Shown: positions 45,700-58,436 of the stretch, piece after piece
How the letters are laid out: every line of letters starts with the position of its first letter
How positions within the stretch are numbered: position 1 is the stretch's first letter
Source of the DNA: Paraspadella gotoi
Lineage: Eukaryota; Animalia; Chaetognatha
Length of the DNA: 64,000 bases
Direction of reading: 5' to 3'
Assembly (NCBI GenBank): GCA_051294375.1
Contig: CM119264.1
Span: forward strand, 27,045,879 to 27,109,878
The notes under the pieces: model-generated
Told to the model about the DNA's origin: nothing
The model's input: only the letters and a program-made list of their open reading frames with translations
Databases searched by the model: none
Translations under genes and position numbers: made by a program

Positions 45700-47280
45700 G
45701 TAATTGCACCGTCGGGCACATCAGGGCACCGAGGCGCACCGTCGGGCACGAGACACGATCGGACTGTTCGTCGAACAACGCGGCATTTCACCTCACGCAC
45801 CACTCCGCGACCACTCCGCGTTCACGCTAGACTCGTCTAACACAGCGACACGATTCTCGTCACACCAGCGACACCTTTGGTCACGGCTTTGACATCGTCA
45901 TCCGCCAGGCGGCGACGGAGACTTTGGCGCCGGTCGCGATGGCGGCGCCACCGAAAGAGCGCCGCCTCCGATGGGTCGTCCTTCGTCTAACGTTCGTCGT
46001 CGGTTACGCAGCAGCGCAACGACGCCGCTTCAATCCCATAAAGGCAGCAATCACGCCATCATCTGGCCACCGCCACATGATTATCACGTCAACACGCGAC
46101 TGGGCACAATCCACTCCCAACCCTCGAGCCTTCAACGATGGACATGGTGTCCCTGACTCGAGGAAGACCCAAAGTGGCACCCACCCCTTTAACTTACCCT
46201 CCAGGGGTCCAGTTCATCGAGGTTCTCTCCCCCTCGGGGCCGTTATTGCCCAGACGGGTCCACTGCCCCAGGCCGCTCTCAAGGCGAACAGATTCCCACA
46301 GCTGGGAATCCCGTCGTCGCTTTTAATTTTCCCTACAATGCGACAGAGGGGCGGTGATCACTACCCCTACCCTGGGCGAAACATCGCCCGAGATCGAGGG
46401 CCGATTTCCTCCCCTAGGGTTAGCCACGTCGCCCTTCCGGGTCGAAATTGCCCGCACCCTTTGCGGCCGGATTGACTCTAAGCCCAGAGAGTGCCTTACC
46501 CGGCCAACCTCTTCAACACGCCCACAGCCTTACCCTCGTTTTGGCCCCGACGAGAAGTGAGGTTTCCCTCCGCATCTCATTGCTCAGTTTACATGAGCGC
46601 CGCCATCTCGTCGGTGGTCCCCAACGCAACCATGTGCACCTCCGCCACCACGTGCCTCAATATCCCAATGCGCATTTCCCAGCAGGTGTCCACCTGACCT
46701 CGCCTGACCCTTTCGTCCTCATCCATCTCCATACATGAGCGCACAGGGGCCATTCTCTTCCTCTAGCGCCATCTCAGCATCTTCCTCCGCCGGCGTATAC
46801 CAATTCTCACGCCGCTCGGACGGCGCTCCCTTTACGTTCCGCTAATCCGAGTCTTTCTTCCCTTTCCGCCACGCCTCCTTTTTGCGTTACGCCCTTCTTC
46901 TCTCTCGCCGCGCCTTCTCTCGATTCCATCCTCGAACATTCCCCGACGATCCTCTCCGACGACGCGTCGCCTTCCATGGACTTCGCGCCCACTTCCCTCG
47001 CGACTTCCGTTCCCTCGTCTCCTCGACGACGCCGTCGCTGACATCTTTTCCTCAAACGGCGCCGCCATCGGCTCAGCTCTACTTCGGAGGATTTGAAATC
47101 GATGACGCGGGAAAGGACAAGAAGAAGCGGAAGTCGCCCTCGACGGCGGAAGAGAGACGAGGAGAGAATGGCCAAGTTTCTAGAGTTGAAATCGAAATGC
47201 GCAGAAGTAAGTTACCCTTTTTTAAAAAAAAAATGGCCGCTGCGGAAGTCGGTAAGGGACTGGTGAGTCGAGGCGAGTAG
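45700..47280 (+). pseudogene. Frameshifted copy of the Ser/Pro-rich ORF block
   Basis: Collinear and near-identical with 55240-56828. Confidence 0.4.
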
Positions 47281-47471
47281 AAATGGGTAAGGTTAGGGAC
47301 GATTCTTTCCTCGGATGTTAATTCTAATGGAGAAGCGTTTTTTTAAAAAAAAAACCGAAATGAAAACAATTTAATTGCTAAAAAGCTTTTATCGATAAAA
47401 ATCGGGTTAACGATAACGACGGTAGGCGATCGACGGTTGACGGTCTGCGGCACGAGACGACGCGACGACGA

Positions 47472-47543
<72 letters not shown>

Positions 47544-48094
47544 ATACGACAGCCTCAACGATGCTGGCGTCAGAGACAGCGATCCGATAAGCTGAATAAA
47601 AAAACGATCGGTCGGCGGAATTCTTTTCTTATTATTATTATTTCGCATTGAATTTCGATCGTCAAAACGAAACAAATTCTTGTTGCCTTTTCTTTTCCGC
47701 TTTTCGTCTTCCATGTTATAAATTTCTGACTTTCCAATCTTCTGATCGCATCAGCTTCGTCTGGACTTCTTCGTCTCAAACAAGTTAACAAGCGATTTCA
47801 ATTAATTTCTCTGAATCGGCAATTGCTTGCACAGTCGCGAGATAAGCGCGATGATCTGGTACACAGCCCTAATTTTTTATTTTCTTTTTGACCAATTTAC
47901 ATTTTGCGTTTTCTGTTTCACCAAGCAACCGCGGCTTGAATCCATCCGGCCACACAGAATTGAGAAAAGGCTGAGCAGCGGCCTTTCCTGAGATGTCGAA
48001 AGCTCAAATACCAAATAGTCTCACAAAGGAGATTTTTTTTTTCTTGAGAGAAAAATTACTCATCATTTGTTGCGAAAATGAGAGTAGAAATTGC

Positions 48095-48144
<50 letters not shown>

Positions 48145-48894
48145 GAGCGAGAGAGGAGAGAGCAGCGAGTCGGCAAATAGTGGAGGGAAAAATGAAAATT
48201 TGTCCGAGCAAATAAACTCCCGGTTTTCTTGACGAGAGAAAAATCTTAAAAGGAAAACTACAGGGTCACACAAAAGTCTCCGGTTCAATAGATGATCCTG
48301 TTATTTCATTTGAAACCTCGTCCGCCACTCCTACATAACGACCTTGTAGATGTGTCCTCAGAAACGGCTCTCTCGCTACAATAGAATCCATTTCAGAAAA
48401 CTTGGGGCAGGCCCGATGCACGAAAAGGCAGGGACCGACCGTCCGGGGGCTGGAAACTTAAACGTAAAGAAATTTCGGATGTTTTTTTCAAGCGACGGGT
48501 GGCGGTTTTCTGATGGCGAGATGATTAGAACGAGAATTGATGTTAATCATTCTTTCTTCACCTTAAATATAATAAGGGGAACAGAAAAGTTATTACTCGT
48601 AATATGCGTTTCATAGTTGCCGAGAAAATAAATAATTCCTTCTACCGAGTAGAGGTGAAATTTTTTCACTTATTTCTTTAGTTAATATAATATATCTAAT
48701 ATAATTTCTTTGCGTTAAATGAGAATGATTAGAGTTGTCAAAGAATTGTCTCAGTATTGAGAATGATGTCAAGGAATTCGATCGAGTTCTTCAGTCTAAC
48801 AAAATTTAGACGCGAGTTTTTTTTTTGTGTGGAACTTGAGATGAATCTTTAAAAAAATCAAAGTCAAAGAGGAAAAACTATTTTAGAAATAAAA

Positions 48895-49254
48895 TGGTCC
48901 ATCTCTCGAAACCCACTTAACTGTCGTAGTATGACAACATCCCGGTTGCGCCGGATGCCCATTGGCGATGGGGCATCTCACTGTTGGGCTTTGGGGGCGT
49001 CCGACCCTCAGTGACGCCTCAGTCACTGGCGCCGGTTACCCTAGGACAGTTTCGCTTTGCCAACGCAGATGGAAGTCGTTAGGACTGTGGATGGAACACA
49101 ACGCCTGGGATGTGTGTTCATGTGAAAATTGTATGGCTGAACGATGGTGGACGTGAGGCGGAGTGAATATACGCCACAGTAGCATCTTTTCATCCCTTGA
49201 ACAGCCACGGAACGGTTCGAGGACTGGAACGGGCTTATAGGCAGGGATGGGTCA
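48895..49254 (+). ncRNA. Copy of the structured RNA candidate
   Basis: Near-identical to 58437-58799; ACTGGAACGGGCTTA at 49223-49237. Confidence 0.42.
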
Positions 49255-51370
49255 GGATTTAACCCTTATGGTAAAAAGCAGATGACTTTATACTCATCGC
49301 GCAACCGGGTCAGGCCAGAAAAAAGGATGATTAATCACGCGGGGTGACCCTTCCGGACCCTCGATGACCCTTCGCGACCCGACGGCACGTCGCCGATGAG
49401 GGGCAAAAACAAAAGAAGAAACTTGAAAGAGATTAAATTTCTGATCGTCTTTTGATCGACCCGAATGGAGAGGAGTCGAGTCGAATGGAGAGGGAGTCCT
49501 TGGGTTCGACGCCCAGGGGAGGACATTACGACTTCGCCCGAAAATAAAGGGAAGGATTCAAATCCTTATCTCATCTCGTGAGAGAGAGAAGAGGGAGATG
49601 AGAGAGAGAGAGAGGAGAAGAGAGAGAGAGAGAGAGAGAGAGAAAATGCCTTTGCTTATTCGAACAAACGCAAGGAGAATCGAAGGCGCTAACGTTTGTT
49701 TACAGTTCCGCAAACTGATAAACAAAGAACGATGACGACGACGACGACGCGACGACGACGACACGACGAATACGCACAGCCTCAACGATGCTGGCCGTCA
49801 GAGACAGCGATCTCATAAGCTGAATAAAAACACGATCGGTCGGCGGAATTCTTTTTTTATATATTATTTCCGCTTGAATTTCGATCGTCAAAACGAAACA
49901 AATTCTTGTTGCCTTTTTCTTTTCCGCTTTTCGTTCTTCCATGCTTATAAATTTCTGACTTTCCAATCATCTGATCACATCAAGCATTCGAGTCTGGACC
50001 TTCTTCGTCTCAAAACAAGTTAAACAGCGCATTTCAACGTTAATTTCTCTGAATCGGCAAATTGCTTAGGCAACAGTCGCGAGATAAGTACGCGCATGAC
50101 AGTCTCGTAGAAAAAACTATGCAGTTAAAAAAAAAATTTCAGTATATGATTTTTTCATTTTTTGACCAATTTACATTTGCGTTTTCTGTTTCACCAAGCC
50201 AACCGCGCTTGAAATCCATCCGGCCACACAGAATTGCAAGAAAAGGCTGAGAGCAGCGGCCTTTCCTGAGATGTTCGAAAGCTCAAATACCAAAATACGT
50301 CTCACAAAGGAGATTTTTTTTTTCTTGACGAGAAAATTACTTCATCATTTGTCCGAAAATGAGAGTAGAAATTGGCATGAGAGAGAGAGAGAGAGAGAGA
50401 GAGAGATATGCGGCTCGGCTCAGTACCTGTCTGCGAATCTTTCCGACCCAAAATTCTAAGTCCCCGTACTCTTCCAAGCGTTACCTTTCAGACCTAGGCC
50501 TTCTCTACCATCTGCTACTAGTTCGACACCCGGCCAGTCCGTTGCAAACACGATCCAAGACTATTGCGCACGAATTATAGAACAGAACGATCGACTCAGA
50601 ACAACACTTTGTTTTGTTCTTTCTCTCTCTCTCCCCTCTCTTTGGATTGTTTTTTAACCCCTCGATCAACACACTATCCGCACCACACAGGAGCTGAAGA
50701 TAGTTTCTCCATTTCTCATTTAACTTAAATTCTTAGGAGAAAAGTGTTTAAAAAATTTTAATATATTATATAATTTTTATTTTTTTGATAAAGACACCAA
50801 AAAGCATGTATTATCATAGCCATCTTATACTAATGCTTTTGTATAGTTTTATTTTTCTTTTTTTATCTTATAAACTAAAGTAAAGTAAGATCCTCAGAAT
50901 TTAAAATAAAATAATTTGTTAGGAATAACAGTTTTTAATGTGGCAACGCACAGTTTTATTGACAAGTCAAGTCGGACATGTTCGATCTTATACGACGTTA
51001 GCAGTCTTCATCAGCAAGATGTAAGAAGCTTGATGAAGCTTGATGAAGACTCTAACTCTATAAGCAGTCGAAATACATGTACTGATACTACTTGTCAATA
51101 AAATTCGTTAGCCACATTAAAACTGTTTATTCCTAAAATGCCTTAAAAAATACAACGAAATCGAAAGTCAACATCATAATAAAATTTTATACGTTAGGAT
51201 GCAGTGACAACATAAATTTAGATGTCCAATTCATTTAGTAGAAATAGCTTTGACTGCGACTTCAATGAGTTTTTCCTTAACATGATGTAACGAAATGATT
51301 TTTACGTCGACTCTGCTTTTTCAGCCAGATCCCACTATAATTCATCCTATTAATTCGGTTACGTCAATTT

Positions 51371-52100
51371 GCCCCTACCAATTCTTTTTGTTGTCGGGCA
51401 TTCTACTTATACTCAGCTGTCAGAACACTTCCGATATATAAATATTTATGCAGAAAAAGAACGATGCTCCGTCCATCCGTCCACCTCTTTAGCAAAAAAA
51501 CACCCAATACTCGTGAATTCGTGATTGTATGGATGGTTTGGAATGAAAATTTTTTATGTGGGTAGGGAAGTGTGTGATTGATCTGGATATGCAAGTTTCG
51601 ATTGGGAAAATTCGGGTCCAAGTGGAAATGGAGTAAACTGGATAAATATATACTATTTCAGCTATTTGAACACCAATTTTACTCATAAGTGATCGGGAAG
51701 CGAGCTTGAAATTTCTTGTATCTTGGGTAGATAAGTGTGTGTTATTTAAACTGGAAATCAAGTTTTCGCATGGAATCGTCCTGAAATGTGAAATGAAGTT
51801 TAAATGGAAAAAAACAGAAAAACCTGTTAACTAATATGATTATGCTTCTTTTTCTTCTTATTTTTAAATGTGTAAATGCATAGATCGTATTAATTAATCA
51901 AAACCAATTAATCAGTCAAATAATCAATCAAAAAACTAAACATTTTGGATTCACAATTGCCCTTAACTTATATTCCAATAATTTAACTTGAATACAAATT
52001 AATTTTAATTTAATTTAAATAATTAACTTGAATTAATTTATTAATTATACCCGATAATGATCGCTAGGGCTAAGATCCCGACTTGTTTGCTCAAAACTCT
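51371..52100 (-). mobile_element. Shorter, diverged relative of the same HINE family in reverse orientation
   Basis: The reverse complement of 52070-52098 (GTTTTGAGCAAACAAGTCGGGATCT) matches the 5' end at 31028-31052. 51470-51810 is the reverse complement of the core repeat and GGAC region. 51371-51430 matches 34000-34046. Confidence 0.65.
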
Positions 52101-52260
52101 ATTTAATACAATATTTGCACGAGAAGAATGAATTAAAGGGGAAAGGATTGACGAGAGTTTTGGGGTTCAGGTATCCTGGGACCTGATATTTAAAGAGTTG
52201 TTATGATGGTACGGCTTTGTCACGCCTTCATGGAGAAGGCAAAATGACATGAGTGAATGG

Positions 52261-52351
52261 CCGACAAGATTTGAGGGGGCCAGGCCCGACGGACCGACAA
52301 ATTGGATATAGAGTCGGATCTGGCTTGTAAGTGCATAGATACGACTAAAAA
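52261..52351 (+). mobile_element. Isolated 3' terminus of the same HINE family
   Basis: CCGACAAGATTTGAGGGG...GATATAGAGTCGGATCTG...TAGATACGACTAAAAA closely matches 34028-34116, including the terminal palindrome. Confidence 0.65.
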
Positions 52352-54922
52352 TTAATTTTAAAAAAAAAGAAAAATAATTTCGAAAATACATAATTTAAAA
52401 ACATTTGATTATTTGATATCAGAAACACGCTTTATTTTGGGCTGGTCCCTTCTTCATTAAAAAACGGTGTGCCATAATGGTCTTCAACTTCGTCAAAGCT
52501 ATTGTGAAGGATCACCAATGGCCGCTGGGATGAACGGTTGGTGGATTTTAGCTCCACCCATAACACTTTTATTTATATTCTATCTGATACTTCGGCAAAG
52601 AGCAATAAATACTGGCCCAAGAAGAGCTAAATTTTAGTAACTTTGGTTAACTTTAGTAAGCGGTTATTGTTATTCAAATCGTTTATTATCTGGTTCAAGC
52701 CAATTTTGCATAAATAAGTATGAACGAAAATTTATTTATGCCACTTAATTTCAGTGAGACAATAGGAGAATAGTCGGGTCACTCTGATGAACATATAAAG
52801 GCCAAAATTTTTATTCTATTAAAATGATCATTCATGAGAAAAATTCATGATATTTATTAAAATTTTTTACTTATTAATAAAAAACATTAGTTTTATAAAA
52901 TAACTCAGGATCATTTATTTCTTTTGCAAAAAACAAAAGAATAAATTTGAGAGCCAGCTACCAATTAATTTCCTTATAGTAGACAATTCAACAAGCCTAA
53001 TTATCCATTGTAGTTTTATTAAAAGTTCATTTAGACAAGATGTGAGTCACTGACCGTAAGAACTAATATTATTCTTATTAAATTTCTTCCTTTCTTTCCT
53101 GTGGGGGAAACCCACGCCCCCAAAAAAAAAATTTTAACAAAGGGCCTTTTGATCATTGATAAGTATATTTCATCTCAGTAAGAATAATCCATGATATATG
53201 TTCTGTTTCTTGTTGCCGTAATTTTCTTTGGGGATAAACGATGTTTTCATCCTGCGTATAATGATTACATCAAATGAAAACTCAATTTCTTACTTCTCTC
53301 CAATAACACTGCATTTAAAACTGCTACATGAAAACCTTCAATACAAAAATGATTCTCTTTAACCTCCAAACTCCATTAACAATTTCTTGGTTGAGAAAAA
53401 ATGTGGTTAGTAAAGATTGTTAAGTCTCCCGAGTGACTGAAAGATACCAATAAGTTTACTTTCATTTCAATAACTTGCATTTCCCGTCCTGCACTTTCAT
53501 TTTTTCTTTCTTTCTTTCTTTCTTTCTCTCTCTCTATCTTTCCAAATCGAAAATGAGAATTATTTCAATTTCTTCTTCTTTTTTTTTCTCCTCTCGTCGA
53601 GAGAAGAACGATTGACGGACAAATTTCTTTTTTTATTTTTTCTTTTTATTTTCATATCACATTTTTTCCCCCTTTTTTCTTTTTTTTAACTTTTCAACTT
53701 CCCCCCCCCCGTTCCCATTTTTTTTAGTCTCTCCAATTCTCTATCCACGAAAAAAAAGCTTTTTTCATTTTCGAATTTTTGACATCGTCCTTAAAAATCG
53801 ATTTTGATTTCGAAGAACTCCGCTGACGGTTTCTGTTTTTTCTCTCATTTATTTTTCTTTTTCTTTTTACTTTTTTTTTCTTTTAATTTTTCGCTCCGTT
53901 TTTCACTTTTCTTCTCGCGTCTTAACGGATTTTTATTGTTTCTTGGCCCATCTCCCGGTAACTGGTCCCCACCCGTCCCCGATCACCTGATCCCCTGTCC
54001 TCTAGTCCCCGGTCCTCCTGGTCCCCTGTCCCGAAACGCGCGTCGTTTGATGATGGATATCTTTTTTTTCGCACGACCCAATTCTGAATCCGGAGGCGAG
54101 AGTTCGGCTGCGGGGAAGAACTCGAAAAAAAAATGTTGGTTGGTTGTAACGTAATTTTCTTCAATTTTTAATTTTATTTTTTATTTTTTATTTTTTTGCC
54201 TTTTTTAATTTTCTTTTCTTTTCTTTTCTTTTCTTTTCTTTTCTTTTCTTTTCTTTTCTTTTCTTTTCTTTTCTTTTCTTTTCTTTTCTTTTTACTCGTT
54301 GTCCCTGTCTATTATATAACCTTTCCTTTATTAAATTCAAACTCCTTTCTCTCACCTAATTGAATTTTACATATTCTTTTTTTTTTTTAAATTTTTGTCC
54401 AAACCTTTTGTCTCGGTTTAAACATTAAAAAAAAAAAACTAAAATAAGTCGATTTGATAAGTCGTGTAAATTTTTTCAAAAATTTTTTTCTTCGTTGCTC
54501 GCCGCTCTCTTATATATATATATCTTAAAAATTATAAGTTTTATAGAAAAGTTTTAAATGAATTCAACAACGATTCATTTGAAAATCTCAACCACAACGA
54601 AACGAAAGGATTATAATATCAAATTATAAGTTATAATTTTTATTAACCAGATTTTTTCCAAATCTCATTTGCATATTACAGTCCGTCGTGAATCACGCAT
54701 AATAAAGTAGAAGGTATCGATTGGAATCGAATAAAAACGAAATAGCATGTAAGGGAAGAAAAAAATACTGTGTTTCAAGTATTCATGTGTTTTTAGCTTC
54801 TTTTTTTTTATTTCTTTTTTTTTTTTTTGGCTTTTGTGCACGATATACATCGATACGGCAAAAATTGGGAGCAACCTTCGCGTGACGCTAACATTGTTTA
54901 CGTTTTTCGCAATGTTTTTACA

Positions 54923-54962
<40 letters not shown>

Positions 54963-55673
54963 TCTAAACCCAGCCACTCGTACCCGCACGGTCGAGCGGC
55001 AATTCCCGACATTTCGGCCTCTCGTTAGTCTAGTGACCGTTTTGTCTTTCTTTTTCGTTTTCGTTTCGCTTTCAATTTTTTGTTTCGTTTTTTTTTTCAC
55101 TCTCACGATTTTTTTATCTTAATTTTTGGCGCCTCAAAACTCACCACTCGATCACCAGCGACATCTCTGGTTTTGGATGAGTACTAAATCGAACACGAAA
55201 AAAACAAAAGACGCGAATTTTTTATAAATAAATCGATGTAATTGCACCGTCGGGCACATCAGGGCACCGAGGCGCACCGTCGGGCACGAGACACGATCGG
55301 ACTGTCGTCGAACAACGCGGCATTTCACCTCACGCACCACTCCGCGACCACTCCGCGTTCACGCTAGACTCGTCTAACACAGCGACACGATTCTCGTCAC
55401 ACCAGCGACACCTTTGGTCACGGCTTTGACATCGTCATCCGCCAGGCGGCGACGGAGACTTTGGCGCCGGTCGCGATGGCGGCGCCACCGAAAGAGCGCC
55501 GCCTCCGATGGGTCGTCCTTCGTCTAACGTCGTCGTCGGTTACGCAGCAGCGCAACGACGCCGCTTCAATCGCATAAAGGCAGCAATCACGCCATCATCT
55601 GGCCACCGCCACATGATTATCACGTCAACACGCGACTGGGCACAATCCACTCCCAACCCTCGAGCCTTCAACG

Positions 55674-56828
55674 ATGGACATGGTGTCCCTGACTCGAGGA
55701 AGACCCAAAGTGGCACCCACCCCTTTAACTTACCCTCCAGGGGTCCAGTTCATCGAGGTTCTCTCCCCCTCGGGGCCGTTATTGCCCCAGACGGGTCCAC
55801 TGCCCCAGGCCGCTCTCAAGGCGAACAGATTCCCACAGCTGGGAATCCCCGTCGTCGCTTTTAATTTTCCCTACAATGCGACAGAGGGGGCGGTGATCAC
55901 TACCCCTACCCTGGGCGAAACATCGCCCCGAGATCGAGGGCCGATTTCCCCTCCCCTAGGGTTAGCCACGTCGCCCCTTCCGGGTCGAAATTGCCCGCAC
56001 CCTTTGCGGGCCGGATTGACTCTAAGCCCAGAGAGTGCCTTACCCGGCCAACCCTCTTCAACCACGCCCACAGCCTTACCCTCGTTTTGGCCCCGACGAG
56101 AAGTGAGGTTTCCCTCCGCATCTCATTGCTCAGTTTACATGAGCGCCGCCATCTCGTCGGTGGTCCCCAACGCAACCATGTGCACCTCCGCCACCCACGT
56201 GCCTCAATATCCCAATGCGCATTTCCCAGCAGGTGTCCACCTGACCTCGCCTGACCCTTTCGTCCCTCATCCATCTCCATACATGAGCGCACAGGGGCCA
56301 TCTCTTTCCTCTAGCGCCATCTCAGCATCTTCCTCCGCCGGCGTTACCAATTCTCACGCCGCTCCGACGGCGCTCCCTTTACGTTCCGCTAATCCGAGTC
56401 TTTCTTCCCTTTCCGCCACGCCTCCTTTTTGCGTTACGCCCTCTTCTCTCTCCGCCGCGCCTTCTCTCGATTCCATCCTCGAACATTCCCCGACGATCCT
56501 CTCCGACGACGCGTCGCCTTCCATGGACTTCGCGCCCACTTCCCTCGCGACTTCCGGTTCCCTCGTCTCCTCGACGACGCCGTCGCTGACATCTTTTCCT
56601 CAAACGGCGCCGCCATCGGCTCAGCTCTACTTCGGAGGATTTGAAATCGATGACGCGGGAAAGGACAAGAAGAAGCGGAAGTCGCCCTCGACGCGGAAGA
56701 GAGACGAGGAGAGAATGGCCAAGTTTCTAGAGTTGAAATCGAAATGCGCAGAAGTAAGTTACCCTTTTTTAAAAAAAAAATGGCCGCTGCGGAAGTCGGG
56801 TAAGGGACGGGTGAGTCGAGGCGAGTAG
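55674..56828 (+). CDS. Ser/Pro/Thr-rich, probably disordered protein with a basic C-terminal motif (KKKRKSPSTRKRDEERMAKF); function unknown
   Basis: 384-codon stop-free frame in non-microsatellite, GC-rich sequence. The antisense mirror frame is interrupted by stops. A possible GTAAGT donor follows ...KCAE at ~56754. The true start is uncertain because the GC-rich block begins at ~55240. Confidence 0.5.
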   Translation: MDMVSLTRGRPKVAPTPLTYPPGVQFIEVLSPSGPLLPQTGPLPQAALKANRFPQLGIPVVAFNFPYNATEGAVITTPTLGETSPRDRGPISPPLGLATSPLPGRNCPHPLRAGLTLSPESALPGQPSSTTPTALPSFWPRREVRFPSASHCSVYMSAAISSVVPNATMCTSATHVPQYPNAHFPAGVHLTSPDPFVPHPSPYMSAQGPSLSSSAISASSSAGVTNSHAAPTALPLRSANPSLSSLSATPPFCVTPSSLSAAPSLDSILEHSPTILSDDASPSMDFAPTSLATSGSLVSSTTPSLTSFPQTAPPSAQLYFGGFEIDDAGKDKKKRKSPSTRKRDEERMAKFLELKSKCAEVSYPFLKKKWPLRKSGKGRVSRGE

Positions 56829-56994
56829 AAATGGGTAAGGTTAGGGACGATTCTTTCCTCGGATGTTAATTTCTAATGGAGAAGCGTTTTTTAAAAAAAA
56901 AACCGAAATGAAAACAATTTAATGCTAAAAAGCTTTTATCGATAAAAATCGGTTAACGATAACGACGGTAGGCGACGACGGTTGACGGTTGACG

Positions 56995-57059
<65 letters not shown>

Positions 57060-57612
57060 ATACGACAGCCTCAACGATGCTGGCGTCAGAGACAGCGATC
57101 GATAAGCTGAATAAAAAAACGATCGGTCGGCGGAATTCTTTTTTTTATTATTATTATTTCGCATTGAATTTCGATCGTCAAAACGAAACAAATTCTTGTT
57201 GCCTTTTTCTTTTCCGCTTTTCGTCTTCCATGTTATAAATTTCTGACTTTCCAATCTTTCTGATCGCATCAGCTTCGTCTGGACTTCTTCGTCTCAAACA
57301 AGTTAACAAGCGATTTCAAGTTAATTTCTCTGAATCGGCAATTGCTTGGCACAGTCGCGAGATAAGCCGAGATTGGTACCAAGCCCGCTAATTTTTTTAT
57401 TTCTTTTTTGACCAATTTACATTTTGCGTTTTCTGTTTCACCAAGCAACCGGCTTGAATCCATCCGGCCACACAGAATTGAGAAAAGGCTGAGCAGCGGC
57501 CTTTCCTGAGATGTCGAAAGCTCAAATACCAAATAGTCTCACAAAGGAGATTTTTTTTTTCTTGACGAGAAAAATTACTCATCATTTGTGCGAAAATGAG
57601 AGTAGAAATTGC

Positions 57613-57663
<51 letters not shown>

Positions 57664-58436
57664 CGAGAGAGAGAGCGAGAGAGAGAGAGAGCGAGTCGGC
57701 AAATAGTGGAGGGAAAAATGAAAATTTGTCCGAGCAAATAACTCCCGGTTTTCTTGACGAGAGAAAAATCTTAAAAGGAAAACTACAGGGTCACACAAAA
57801 GTCTCCGGTTCAATAGATGATCCTGTATTTCATTTGAAACCTCGTCCGCCACTCCTACATAACGACCTTGTAGATGTTCCTCAGAAACGGCTCTCTCGCT
57901 ACAATAGAATCCATTTCAGAAACTTGGGGGCAGGGCCCGATGCACGAAAGGCAGGGACCGACCGTCCGGGGGGCTGGAAACTTAAACGTAAAGAAATTTC
58001 GGATGTTTTTTCAAGCGACGGGTGGCGGTTTTCTGATGGCGAGATGATAGAACGAGAATTGATGTTAAGTCATTCTTTCTTCACCTTAAATATTAATAAG
58101 GGAAACAGAAAAGTTATTACTCGTAATATGCGTTTCAATAGTTGCCGAGAAAATAAATAATTCCTTCTACCGAGTAGAGGTTGAAATTTTTTTCACTATA
58201 TTTCTTTAGTTAATATAATATAATCTAATATAATTTCTTTGCGTTTAAAATGAAATGATGTTAGAGTGTTCAAAAGAATGTCGTCGAGTTATTCGATGGA
58301 ATGATGTCAAGGAATTTCGATCGAGTTCTTTCAGTCTAACAAAATTTTAGACGCGAGTTTTTTTTTTGTGTGGAACTTGAGATGAATCTTTAAAAAAATC
58401 AAAGTCAAAGAGGAAAAACTATTTTAGGAAATAAAA

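Larger units (their letters stand above)
41850..50405 (+). repeat. Large duplicated block, copy 3 (partial, internally scrambled)
   Basis: 41850-42125 matches 13930-14190. 42126-49740 matches 13000 onward. 49740-50405 repeats 47540-48120 again. Confidence 0.88.

Noticed and set aside
56300-56616. Glu-rich minus-strand reading (EETREPEVAREVGAKSMEGD...)
   Set aside because: It is the antisense mirror of the + strand Ser/Pro-rich frame and is interrupted by TGA stops in the cleanest copy.
57609-58160. 183-aa ORF (...IDDPVFHLKPRPPLLHND...)
   Set aside because: It starts in an (AG)n tract, the frame is not preserved among the four copies, and there is no recognisable domain or clear splice sites; coding status is unresolved.
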